64,000 nt of DNA, from positions 32,385 through 96,384 of the forward strand of contig CAVOZW010000007.1 in assembly GCA_963701385.1 (NCBI GenBank). Reading direction: 5' to 3'. Origin of the DNA: an uncultured delta proteobacterium. GTDB lineage: Bacteria > Desulfobacterota > Desulfobacteria > Desulfobacterales > B30-G6. The translations under genes were made by a program, and so were the position numbers. Of this stretch, positions 1 to 8,758 are shown in pieces; positions within the stretch are counted from its first letter, which is position 1; the number at the start of each line of letters is the position of its first letter. The notes beneath the pieces were generated by a model, which saw only the letters and a program-made list of their open reading frames with translations, was not told the origin of the DNA and ran no database searches.

Positions 1-1
1 T

Positions 2-208
2 GGCGGCATCGATTTTGTCAATTTGACATCAGAAAATCTTATCATGAAGAACGATGTTCTGAAAGTCACATTCCATTTGGACGACAAGAGCCGCACATTA
101 ATCCAGAGGCAGGTAAGGGTTACCGACTCGGATGAAAATTCGACCAATGCCGCATTTATCAAATTTCAACTCTATGACAAAGATCTGGGTTTCTACCTGA
201 TGCCCTGA
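2..208 (+). CDS. 3' fragment of a hypothetical protein (ORF open to the left window edge)
   Basis: The frame is open from base 2 to TGA 206-208 (GGIDFVNLTSENLIMKNDVLKVTFHLDDKSRTLIQRQVRVTDSD...). No family motif recognised. The true start lies outside the window. Confidence 0.3.
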   Translation, partial: GGIDFVNLTSENLIMKNDVLKVTFHLDDKSRTLIQRQVRVTDSDENSTNAAFIKFQLYDKDLGFYLMP

Positions 209-314
209 ATCGGAAAATCCATCGAAACGGGTGGTATTTCCCTGGGGCATCCGGTGGCCCCGTGTGACCTTGACTAAGCGCAATTTTTACATTATTCAGG
301 GAGACGTTGACCGT

Positions 315-623
315 ATGGTAAAAGTCCTTAAAAAATACTTTCTGTATGCAATCATCATTGCTTTTGTCTACCTGCTGTTAGCAAACCATTATATCTATAC
401 AGGTGGTGAAGATGTCAACATCATGGATTCTGTCAGGATCTTAAAAAAAGAAAAACTCAACCTCCGGTATACCTTTTTCAGCGTTCAGAAAAAGAAACCG
501 GATTACATCATGAAAATCGATGTGCTCCGCGACGCCGGGATCGGTGATGTCCTTGTGGAGTTCGGTATTATTAACGAAGATGAAAAAACAGCCCTTGAAA
601 ACAAGTACCTATACGAAGAGTAA
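315..623 (+). CDS. small membrane-anchored hypothetical protein
   Basis: ATG at 315 gives MVKVLKKYFLYAIIIAFVYLLLANHYIY... with one N-terminal hydrophobic helix. The track ORF 231-623 begins at a less plausible upstream alternative start. Confidence 0.45.
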   Translation: MVKVLKKYFLYAIIIAFVYLLLANHYIYTGGEDVNIMDSVRILKKEKLNLRYTFFSVQKKKPDYIMKIDVLRDAGIGDVLVEFGIINEDEKTALENKYLYEE

Positions 624-707
624 TCTCTCCATGCTTAGGCACTGATTATCTTCACGACCGGAAAATGAAGCCCATTTTAGGGTTTTTATGAAATCGAGGT
701 ATCCGTT

Positions 708-2300
708 ATGGTAAAAAATGACGATCGGAAAGCAGCAAATCCTACAGGCAGGCAACGCATAGGGGATTCATTTGTCGACAACAACCTCATCAACAAAGAA
801 CAATTGCGGCAGGCGCTTACCAAACAAAGCCAGTCGGGCGGACAGCTGGGTTCCATTCTGCTCGAACTGGGATATATCGTTATCGATGACCTGTTGGATT
901 TCTTAACTCGCCAGAGCGGTGTGCAGGCCGTCAATCTGTTTGAAATCAATATCGATAAATCCGTACTTGACCTGATACCTCGGGAAAAAATATTCAATTC
1001 GAAAATACTCCCGATATCCGTAGACAAGACCACCCTAACCCTGGCCATGGTCAACCCAAACGACTTTGAAATCATCAGCGAACTCGGATTCTCCTTGGCC
1101 AAAAAAATCAAACCCGTGATAATTCCCTCATTTATGATGGAGGCCGCCAGAAAAATCCTCTTGACGGATGCTTCAAGTGGTCTGCAGGGCGAATTGATCC
1201 AGAAAATGGTTGAAAACTCATGGCAAAAAATGAGCAAGGCACCGCCCTTGATTTCGCTGCTGCAATTTCTGGCAAAATCGGATGCCAGCGACATGCTCTT
1301 GACGCCCGGTGCCCCTCCCTGTATCAAAATAAGCAATCAGGTCAAGCGACTGAACATGGCACCCCTTGCACCGGATGACTGTGAAACATATGCCAGGGAC
1401 TTCCTATCAGCAGAGGACTGGGAGCGCTTTCTGGGCAGCAATGATATGGGTTTTGCCATCACCTATCCGAGTATTGGCCGTTTCAGGGCCAATATTTTCA
1501 GGCAGAGAGGTTCCATCGCCATCGCCATTCGAAACCTCCCGGAAACGATTCCTTCGTTTGCACAACTCAACCTTCCTGACTGGCTGAGAGATTTTTGCCT
1601 CAAGCCACAGGGATTGATTCTGATTGCCGGACCTGCCGGACACGGCAAGTCAACGACCCTCTGCGCACTGGTGGACATCATCAATACCAACAGGCGCTGC
1701 AACATCGTGACGCTTGAAGATCCGGTCGAGTATCTCCACCAGCATAAGATGAGCAATATCAACCAGCGTCAGGTCGGCAGGGACACCCAGTCTTTCAGCG
1801 AAGGCCTGCGAAATGTATTTCGCCAGGCACCGGACGTCATTGTCATCGGTGAAATGCGCGACAAGGAAAGCTACGAAATAGCCCTCAAGGCCGCCTCCAC
1901 CGGCCATCTGGTATTGAGTACGATCCACGCCAACAGTTCCACTTCCGTCATCGAAACCGTGATTAATTCCTTCGAGCCCCACGAGCAGAATCTTGTACGT
2001 CAGATGTTGGCCGACTGTCTCCTGCTCTGCCTGGCCCAGCGTCTGATCCCTGCCAGAAAAGGCGCCCGCCGGATACTGGCACTCGAAAAACTGGTCAACA
2101 GTCACCGTATCAAAAAGCGTATCCGGGAAGAAAAGACCCATCATGTCCGATCACAAATGCAAGCTGGAACAGAGGATTTTGTGTCCTTGGATGTGTCGCT
2201 GGCAAACCTATTCAAAAAAAATGCCATCCGACTTGAAGACGGCGCCTTGTATGCCGAAGATGAAACCTTCTTCCGAGAACTGACTTCTGGAAAACGGTGA
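708..2300 (+). CDS. PilT-family type IV pilus/T2SS-type ATPase with N-terminal MshEN (T2SSE_N) domain
   Basis: The N-terminus carries two tandem MshEN-type motifs (RIGDSFVDNNLINKEQLRQALTKQ and QLGSILLELGYIVIDDLLDFLTRQ). The ATPase core has Walker A GPAGHGKSTT, Asp box DVIVIGEMRD and His box GHLVLSTIHAN. GAGG sits 8 nt upstream of the ATG. Confidence 0.85.
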   Translation: MVKNDDRKAANPTGRQRIGDSFVDNNLINKEQLRQALTKQSQSGGQLGSILLELGYIVIDDLLDFLTRQSGVQAVNLFEINIDKSVLDLIPREKIFNSKILPISVDKTTLTLAMVNPNDFEIISELGFSLAKKIKPVIIPSFMMEAARKILLTDASSGLQGELIQKMVENSWQKMSKAPPLISLLQFLAKSDASDMLLTPGAPPCIKISNQVKRLNMAPLAPDDCETYARDFLSAEDWERFLGSNDMGFAITYPSIGRFRANIFRQRGSIAIAIRNLPETIPSFAQLNLPDWLRDFCLKPQGLILIAGPAGHGKSTTLCALVDIINTNRRCNIVTLEDPVEYLHQHKMSNINQRQVGRDTQSFSEGLRNVFRQAPDVIVIGEMRDKESYEIALKAASTGHLVLSTIHANSSTSVIETVINSFEPHEQNLVRQMLADCLLLCLAQRLIPARKGARRILALEKLVNSHRIKKRIREEKTHHVRSQMQAGTEDFVSLDVSLANLFKKNAIRLEDGALYAEDETFFRELTSGKR

Positions 2301-2333
2301 CCCAGCGACAGGCAAACAAGGTTCTGACATCCT

Positions 2334-3035
2334 ATGAACAATACGAAATTCGCGCCGTACCTGCAAGCCACAGAAATCATCGACAGCCGACACCCGCTGA
2401 TCAAGGCCTATGCCCTAAAAACGACCCAACACGCCCATCACCAGCCCCTTGATCTTGCTGTCGCCATCTACTATGCGGTCAGGGACGACATCCGCTACGA
2501 TCCGTATTCTCCGTTTTATCTTCCCGAACACTACCGGGCAAGCCGTGTACTACAGCAAAAACGGGGCTACTGTGTCTGCAAAGCCTCCCTCCTCTGTGCT
2601 CTGGGACGGAATCTCGGCATCCCCTCGCGGGTGGGGTTTGCCACCGTTCGCAACCATCTGGTGACACGCGAGTTACTGGACTATATCGGTTCCGACTTGT
2701 TTGTGTTTCACGGCTACACCGAGTTCTTTCTAAACGGCAAGTGGGTCAAGGCAACCCCGGCATTCAACAAGGAGCTCTGCCATCGACATCATGTGGCCCC
2801 CCTCGAATTCAACGGTCACGAGGATTCCGTTTTCCAGGCTTATAATACCCAGGATCAACGCTTCATGGAATATGTGGCGGATCATGGCGTTTATGCGGAT
2901 ATTCCCGTGAAAACCATCGTGACAGCCTGGGAAGCAGCCTACGGCAAAGAGCGGGTTCAGGGATGGATTCGCCTCTTTGAAACCAAGGGGAATTTTAAAA
3001 GAGATTTTAACACCGAAACGGTCGTGAAAGCGTGA
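2334..3035 (+). CDS. transglutaminase-like (Cys-His-Asp fold) protein
   Basis: RGYCVCKASLLCALGRNLGIPSRVGF ... FVFHGYTEFFLNGKWVKATP matches the Cys and His core blocks of transglutaminase-like enzymes. Confidence 0.75.
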   Translation: MNNTKFAPYLQATEIIDSRHPLIKAYALKTTQHAHHQPLDLAVAIYYAVRDDIRYDPYSPFYLPEHYRASRVLQQKRGYCVCKASLLCALGRNLGIPSRVGFATVRNHLVTRELLDYIGSDLFVFHGYTEFFLNGKWVKATPAFNKELCHRHHVAPLEFNGHEDSVFQAYNTQDQRFMEYVADHGVYADIPVKTIVTAWEAAYGKERVQGWIRLFETKGNFKRDFNTETVVKA

Positions 3036-3053
3036 ATCGACAAGCGCTTGCTA

Positions 3054-3503
3054 TCACAAGAGAGGATTGGCCGAATCGCGCTGTTTGAGTTTGATGGTGG
3101 TCAGGCTTTCGATGGTAATGTCATCCAGCCGTTTGAACATGGCCTCACTGGCCTCGATCCAAACCCAGCGGGAAAGGCAGTCCCCTGCCCGGTTGCACAC
3201 ACCGCAAAGCTTATCCCTGGTCTCCGCACAGTCGGTAATGGCGGTCGTCTTTTCCAGCGTTCGGACGATATCCCCCACGGTAATGTCAGCCGGCGGTTTT
3301 TTCAGCATATGGCCGCCGTAAGGCCCCCTCTGGCTCTTGATCAGCCCGGCCGCTTTCAGTTTTCGAATCAGATGTTCGAGGTATTTCAGAGAGATATTCT
3401 GACGTTTGGATACATCACCCAGGGGAACGGGCCCCTTCTGCGCATTGATCGCCAGATCGAGAATGAGTCGGGTACCATATCTACTTTTGGTTGTCAGTCT
3501 CAT
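3054..3503 (-). CDS. rrf2: Rrf2-family (IscR-like) transcriptional regulator
   Basis: MRLTTKSRYGTRLILDLA... wHTH N-terminus typical of Rrf2. It has a C-terminal three-Cys cluster (CAETRDKLCGVCNRAGDC). It sits at the end of the hmc gene string, as in the family's founding locus. Confidence 0.9.
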   Translation of the reverse strand: MRLTTKSRYGTRLILDLAINAQKGPVPLGDVSKRQNISLKYLEHLIRKLKAAGLIKSQRGPYGGHMLKKPPADITVGDIVRTLEKTTAITDCAETRDKLCGVCNRAGDCLSRWVWIEASEAMFKRLDDITIESLTTIKLKQRDSANPLL

Positions 3504-5022
3504 TTTTTTGTGTTTGCTGCCCTATTTCGGGGATATCGATCATCTTCGACGGGTCCAATTTTGATTTGGGAAGGCAAATCTGGAACCGCGAACCCTTTCT
3601 GATTTCAGATTCTACGCTGATGTTACCACCGTGCTGATGGATAACACGATTGGCGATAAATAAGCCCAATCCCGTTCCCTGGGAGCCCTTTGACGTAAAA
3701 AATAGCGTAAACATCTTTTCTCTGGTTTCCTGATCCATCCCCATACCATTGTCCTGGATGATAAAGCATATTCGCTCCGGCGCCATTTCGAAGGCATCGA
3801 ATGTAACGATATGATCCTCCTTGGTTCGATCGTACGTGCAGGCATCGATGGCGTTTTCCACAAAATTGACCAGGGCAGCCTGCAGCCAGGTGGGATCGAC
3901 ATCAATATAGCCCATCGAAGGCGATATGTTCGCCTCCAGTCGCACACCGTTTTTGGCCGCGATGGCCATGGCGTCCCCAACCACCTTATCGGCCATTTCA
4001 GCAATATCGACGGATTCATAGCGCAGTTCTCGTGATTTGGCATAATAGAGGATCTCCAGCACCATCTTGCGGATTCTTCCGCTTATCTGCTTGACCTGCT
4101 CAAAGGCCCGCTGGGTCCGATCATGATCGTTTTTTGCCAGGCCTGTTTCAAGCTGGTAGATACCCCCATCCAAAGCCGTCAGCATCCCCTTGACACCATG
4201 TGACATGGATCCGATCATGAGCCCCAGGGACGTCAAGTGATCCTGGAGCTGCCGGATCTGGGTGATATTGGTGGACATTTCCATGACCTGGGTAATCTCT
4301 CCGTCGCCATTGCGTATGGGTGCTGTCCAGGTGATGACATTGTACTGTTCGCCTGACTTCGATGTAACAACCTCTTCGGTGGTGTGAGGACGCCCGTCCT
4401 CGAAAGTGTCTGCCACAGGGCATTTTTGACAATGAGACCCCCGGTGTTTGTATATCGCGAAACAGTGAGACCCGATTTCGTCACCAAAATCCTTTTTGAA
4501 CATTTTGTTCGTTGCCGTGATGCGGAACTGCCTGTCCTGAACCGAAATGTAACACGGAACCTCATCGAAGAGCTGTTGAAACAGGTTCTGGGTATGGCGA
4601 AAGACTTTAAGTTTTTTCTCATTGGCCTCGAGGCGATTATTCAAGGAAATCCAGGATCTGGCCTGATACAATGCCATATCCAGAGCGGTGCTTTTAACCG
4701 GTTTCAAAAGGTAGTGCACGGCATCGTACTTCAGCTCCGCCATGGCATGGTCAAATTGATCCGGCATCACCATGATGATAATCTGAAGTTTTGGATGTGA
4801 GGTCTTGATCCGCTTGAGCAGAGAAACCATCTCCGTGTCAGGAAGCCCTGGATCGGCCAGAACAATTTGGGCGTTGGTATTTTCGAACAATAAAACGACC
4901 TCTTCACAGGTGGACGCCATGTGTGCGCCTATTCGCTTTCGCTCGAGGTAAACGCCCAGCGCATTGGCATGACTGGTATCTTTGTCTATGATGAGTATTT
5001 CATCGGGCATGAATGGTTCCAT
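3481..5022 (-). CDS. hybrid sensor: receiver domain + Cys-rich PAS + HisKA/HATPase_c histidine kinase
   Basis: REC block (ILIIDKD...IVLADPGLPD...LLKP). PAS with C-x29-C-x10-C-x2-C. H-box SHGVKGMLTAL. G-boxes DNGMGMD and GTGLGLFIA. The 3' end overlaps the rrf2 start by 23 nt. Confidence 0.85.
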   Translation of the reverse strand: MEPFMPDEILIIDKDTSHANALGVYLERKRIGAHMASTCEEVVLLFENTNAQIVLADPGLPDTEMVSLLKRIKTSHPKLQIIIMVMPDQFDHAMAELKYDAVHYLLKPVKSTALDMALYQARSWISLNNRLEANEKKLKVFRHTQNLFQQLFDEVPCYISVQDRQFRITATNKMFKKDFGDEIGSHCFAIYKHRGSHCQKCPVADTFEDGRPHTTEEVVTSKSGEQYNVITWTAPIRNGDGEITQVMEMSTNITQIRQLQDHLTSLGLMIGSMSHGVKGMLTALDGGIYQLETGLAKNDHDRTQRAFEQVKQISGRIRKMVLEILYYAKSRELRYESVDIAEMADKVVGDAMAIAAKNGVRLEANISPSMGYIDVDPTWLQAALVNFVENAIDACTYDRTKEDHIVTFDAFEMAPERICFIIQDNGMGMDQETREKMFTLFFTSKGSQGTGLGLFIANRVIHQHGGNISVESEIRKGSRFQICLPKSKLDPSKMIDIPEIGQQTQKNETDNQK

Positions 5023-5035
5023 TTGTAATCCGATT

Positions 5036-5386
5036 TTATTGCAGCGACTCTTTCACGATCTTGAGGAGCTTTTCACGATCAAACGGTTTCGACAGGTAAG
5101 CCACTGCTTTGCCAATGGCGTGATCCCCTCCGGAAAGACCGCTGATAACGACAACGGGAATATTTTTTAACGATTTTTCCTGGCACATCTTTCGATAAAA
5201 CCGTGGCCCCCACTCTTCCGGCATTTCAAGATCGAGCGTAATCAGATCCGGTAATTCCTTTCTGGCGATGTTAAGACCTTGCTTGACATCTTGTGCCGAA
5301 AAGGTTTTGTAGCCGTTGTCCTCAAACAAAGTGGTCAGGTAGTCAATGATATTGGGATCATCGTCGACAATGAGTATTTTTTTCAT
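5036..5386 (-). CDS. single-domain CheY-like response regulator (rrf1-like position)
   Basis: MKKILIVDDDPNIIDYL...LITLDLEMPEE...YLSKP receiver signature. 116 aa with no output domain. Confidence 0.85.
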   Translation of the reverse strand: MKKILIVDDDPNIIDYLTTLFEDNGYKTFSAQDVKQGLNIARKELPDLITLDLEMPEEWGPRFYRKMCQEKSLKNIPVVVISGLSGGDHAIGKAVAYLSKPFDREKLLKIVKESLQ

Positions 5387-5438
5387 TTATCCCTCTCCTC
5401 CTGTGAAACACGACGCTGTCGCTTAAAAAATTCTTTTA

Positions 5439-6338
5439 CTAACGGTTGATGCTGATAACCGGGCATCCGGCCCTGACAATTACCTGCTCGATATTACTCC
5501 CCAGCCGGGTATCCTCCTGGGATGATTTTTGGGTGTGGTGCGCCATGACGATGAGGTCAGCGTGTTTTTCGCGTGCATATTTCACGATCTCGACATAGGG
5601 GATGCCTTCCCAAACCTCGAAATCGTATTCCAGGACATCTTTAATTTCAGGAATGTACCGCCCCCGAATCCGCCTCAGGGCTTCGCGGATGTTGGTCTCG
5701 ATTTCGTCCTGCGTCATCATTCTTCCCAAGTGCATGCTTCCAATGTCCAGCGCGTGAAAAATATGAAGTTCACAACCCAAGGTTTTAGCGAGCTGCAGGG
5801 CAAACCGGAAAGCAGCATCGGACGCTTTGGAAAAATCGGTGCCGAAAACCACATTGGACATGCCCCCCCAGAAGGAAGCTGCCGGCCGGTTGACCACCAA
5901 CAAGGGACAGGGCGCCACTTTTGCCACGCGTTGAAGCGTAGAGCCCACCATGCTCTTTTTATAGACGGAATCTTCGTCGCCGCCGGTGCTGCCGCCCATG
6001 ACGATAAGGTCCGGACCCAATTCCCGGGCCGCTCTCAATATCTCACGGTGGGGCAGGCCGATAGCTACTTTGATTTCAAAATCCCGGGTCGTCGCGAGCT
6101 GCTTTGAATAGTGAATCTTGATTTCTTCCTCGACCCAGGCGATGTATTCATCGTCAAGAATAACTTTTTCCTTTGTCTTGACATCCATCACCACTTGGCT
6201 GAAACCACGCGTGGGCACGCCCAGCACATGGAAAATGTATATTCGGGCATCATAGGACACGGCCATGTTGAAGGCCACCCGTGCGGCATGGTCACAGGCC
6301 TCCGTAGCGGATGTGGCAAATAGTATTTTTTTAAACAT
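5439..6338 (-). CDS. tandem universal stress protein (2 x UspA domains)
   Basis: Two Usp repeats (MFKKILFATSATE...IVMGGSTGG...VAPCPLLVV and NVVFGTDFSKAS...IVMAHH...GCPVISI). Confidence 0.85.
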   Translation of the reverse strand: MFKKILFATSATEACDHAARVAFNMAVSYDARIYIFHVLGVPTRGFSQVVMDVKTKEKVILDDEYIAWVEEEIKIHYSKQLATTRDFEIKVAIGLPHREILRAARELGPDLIVMGGSTGGDEDSVYKKSMVGSTLQRVAKVAPCPLLVVNRPAASFWGGMSNVVFGTDFSKASDAAFRFALQLAKTLGCELHIFHALDIGSMHLGRMMTQDEIETNIREALRRIRGRYIPEIKDVLEYDFEVWEGIPYVEIVKYAREKHADLIVMAHHTQKSSQEDTRLGSNIEQVIVRAGCPVISINR

Positions 6339-6379
6339 ATGTCACCTCACTGGCGGGTTGAAAGAGAACGTCCAACACC

Positions 6380-7768
6380 CTATTCTTTTTGTTTTAAGTG
6401 CTCGGGAATTTCGACCATACTGATCACCAGGGGCTTGAGGAAAGACCATTTAATACCGATTTTATACTCCTCCTCCAAATCCCGAATCGCATCCCAGCAG
6501 TTGTGGCAAGGAGCGATCACCATTTCGGCACCGCTGTGCAGCAGCTGGTCGCGTTTGGTAATCAGGGCCTTGTTTCGCTGGGGCCGGAAAAGACCGATAC
6601 CGTTAAACCCGCCCCCACCGCCACAGCAATAATTGTGTTCCCGGTTTGGCGACATCTCCATAAAATAACCGGGCTCGACAATATAACTCATGATTTCCCG
6701 CGTTATGTCCTTTAAGCCGTTATTACGGACATAGTTGCAGGAATCCTGAAGCGTCACGGGTATTTTGAGGCGTTTGGACGGGTCGATCTTGAGTTTTCCC
6801 TCTCGCAAGGCTTCGGCGAGCCATTCGACATAATGGATCGATTCCACCGGCGGTTTGCCCGAAGATCTTCCAGCCCAGTAAGGGCCTTCCACAACGGTGG
6901 CACGGTGAGCATGACCGCATTCTGTCCCCACCATACGCTTGGGCTTGAGCCGTTCCATGGCTGCATAGACATGCTCCACCTGCATTTTGCACGCCGCCCA
7001 GTCACCGGCAAACATGGCCAGGCTGGTCTGCTCCCAACCGCTGGTTGGCACGGTCCAGTTTTCTCCGGCCAGATGAAAAAGAATCGCAGCCTCGGCGAGA
7101 TCTTCGGGATAGTGCTTTACCTCCCTGGCGTTGACGGTGTAGAGGATATCGGCGCCCTCCTTGTCCACCGGGACTTCGAGACCCGGGTAGTCCTCTTCAT
7201 ATTCCTCTACCATCCATTCGAAGGTTTCCACGAAATCCTGGTCCGTGACGTCCATCTGGGCACGATAGACACGGTGCATTCCGGCACCAATCTTCATCTC
7301 CCAGGGAACGAATCCCTGCTGATAGCAAAGCCCCCTGACATAGCCGAACATGACCCCCATATCGATGCCGTGAGGGCAGTACATGCCGCAACGGTTACAA
7401 CAGGTGCACTTGGCCCATGCTGTCTCCATGACCATGTGCATGAATTGGTTGTCCACCTTTCCTTTGCGCTTGACGAGTTCACCGAGTGTCGATTTAATCT
7501 TGTAAGCCGGCACCTGTTTGGGATCCTGGTCATTGATCAGGTACAGAAAACAACTGTCGGCGCACATACCACAATGTGCACATATTTCCAGCCATGTTTT
7601 CATCCTGGATTTCAGGGTGTTCTGAATCGTCTTCCAAAGCAGCTCATGGTCGATGTCGAGCGACTTCATCTCTTCGTAATATTGCTTCCCGCCGGTATCC
7701 CCCAGAAGGGCTTTCAGCTCTTCTTCGGTTTCGATCGGTTTCTTGTTACAGAATTTTCCTTCAGGCAT
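6380..7768 (-). CDS. hmcF: HmcF, cytoplasmic Fe-S / CCG-domain subunit (HdrD/DsrK-like)
   Basis: Ferredoxin-type motifs [11 protein letters not shown] and [15 protein letters not shown]-domain motifs CCGGGGGF and PCHNCWD. Last gene of the hmc order. Confidence 0.85.
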   Translation of the reverse strand: MPEGKFCNKKPIETEEELKALLGDTGGKQYYEEMKSLDIDHELLWKTIQNTLKSRMKTWLEICAHCGMCADSCFLYLINDQDPKQVPAYKIKSTLGELVKRKGKVDNQFMHMVMETAWAKCTCCNRCGMYCPHGIDMGVMFGYVRGLCYQQGFVPWEMKIGAGMHRVYRAQMDVTDQDFVETFEWMVEEYEEDYPGLEVPVDKEGADILYTVNAREVKHYPEDLAEAAILFHLAGENWTVPTSGWEQTSLAMFAGDWAACKMQVEHVYAAMERLKPKRMVGTECGHAHRATVVEGPYWAGRSSGKPPVESIHYVEWLAEALREGKLKIDPSKRLKIPVTLQDSCNYVRNNGLKDITREIMSYIVEPGYFMEMSPNREHNYCCGGGGGFNGIGLFRPQRNKALITKRDQLLHSGAEMVIAPCHNCWDAIRDLEEEYKIGIKWSFLKPLVISMVEIPEHLKQKE

Positions 7769-7811
7769 GTTGCGTATCTCCTTAAATAATTGGGTTCATT
7801 GCCTGGGTGCT

Positions 7812-8489
7812 TTACCAGGCCATGCCTTTTCCTTTCATGCCGCCACGTTTGATGCCGTAGTCCATACCCAGCTGTGCTCGTGAAGCAAAGAACAGAACGA
7901 TGTGCGATAACTTGGTGAAGGGCATCGCTATCAATAAGGCCTCACCGCACAGGATATGCACCGTTAACCAGAATGAGTAATTACCCAACTCGTATCGGGC
8001 AACAAGACCGGTGACAAATGGTGCCACGGCTAAAAGCAGAATGATATAATCATACCATGTCGTCAAAATCCGGACTTCCGGTAGCGCAATTCTTCTAAGG
8101 GCCAGGAAAACAGCGCTTATTATAACCGTCCAGGTGAGAATGTCTGCGAGAAGTGGATTCAGCGTAATCAGCGAAAAGCCAATTTTTTCCTTCAAAACCA
8201 GGTTATGCGCCAGCAAAAATAAGGGCACCAGAACGGCCCCGATATGAAAACCGAAAAAAATGACCGTCATAAAGGGTTGCTTGCGCCAACCATAGGTACC
8301 AAAGGGTATGAGCCATTTCAGGATGGAATTCAGGGCCCCTTTAAATCCCTGAAGCGGATAGGCTTTGTAGGCCACTCGATCCAGTTGCCAACTCAACCCC
8401 CTGAAATAGAGTACAAATCTGACCAGCAAGCCGATCAAGCAAATGCCCAAAGACAACCAGAACATCGGGCCGGTTAAAAAATCGTACAT
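7812..8489 (-). CDS. hmcE: HmcE, integral membrane cytochrome b-type (NarI/DsrM-like) subunit
   Basis: 225 aa, about 5-6 hydrophobic helices with conserved His residues. Positioned between hmcD and hmcF. Confidence 0.8.
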   Translation of the reverse strand: MYDFLTGPMFWLSLGICLIGLLVRFVLYFRGLSWQLDRVAYKAYPLQGFKGALNSILKWLIPFGTYGWRKQPFMTVIFFGFHIGAVLVPLFLLAHNLVLKEKIGFSLITLNPLLADILTWTVIISAVFLALRRIALPEVRILTTWYDYIILLLAVAPFVTGLVARYELGNYSFWLTVHILCGEALLIAMPFTKLSHIVLFFASRAQLGMDYGIKRGGMKGKGMAW

Positions 8490-8580
8490 TGACGCCTCCG
8501 TAAAATATTAAGGGGTCGAGGGTCCAAGGGTTCGAGGAAAAGACCACAACGAACACAATAACCCCAATAAACGCAATAAA

Positions 8581-8724
8581 CTAAAATGTTCGCTTCTTTT
8601 CATCTCTGCCGCTGAGAAAAAGCCAGAAAAGGAGCAGCCCGACAAGCACGGCTCCCATCAGCATATAGGTAATGCTTTTCGCATGCAGCAGAAAATCATG
8701 CAGGGTATAAAACAACGAATTCAT
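8581..8724 (-). CDS. hmcD: HmcD, small single-helix membrane subunit
   Basis: 47 aa (MNSLFYTLHDFLLHAKSITYMLMGAVLVGLLLFWLFLSGRDEKKRTF). GAGAGG SD upstream of the ATG at 8724. The size and position match hmcD. The longer track ORF 8581-8847 overlaps hmcC and is unlikely. Confidence 0.5.
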   Translation of the reverse strand: MNSLFYTLHDFLLHAKSITYMLMGAVLVGLLLFWLFLSGRDEKKRTF

Positions 8725-8758
8725 AAAACCTCTCTTCACATAAAATCGTGGCGCTATT

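Noticed and set aside
686-1336. Long antisense or alternative-frame ORFs in the six-frame track. Examples: 686-1336(-), 1650-2144(-), 5529-6107(+), 6833-7789(+), 11652-12704(+), 14392-15264(+), 21730-22410(+), 26015-26533(+), 28951-29643(+), 33070-33849(-), 39128-39868(+), 39466-40161(+), 40339-41046(-), 44818-45177(-).
   Set aside because: Each lies entirely within, and opposite or out of frame to, a gene with clear family motifs. Their translations are Arg/Gly/His/Pro-rich or otherwise compositionally odd. They lack SD sequences and recognisable domains.
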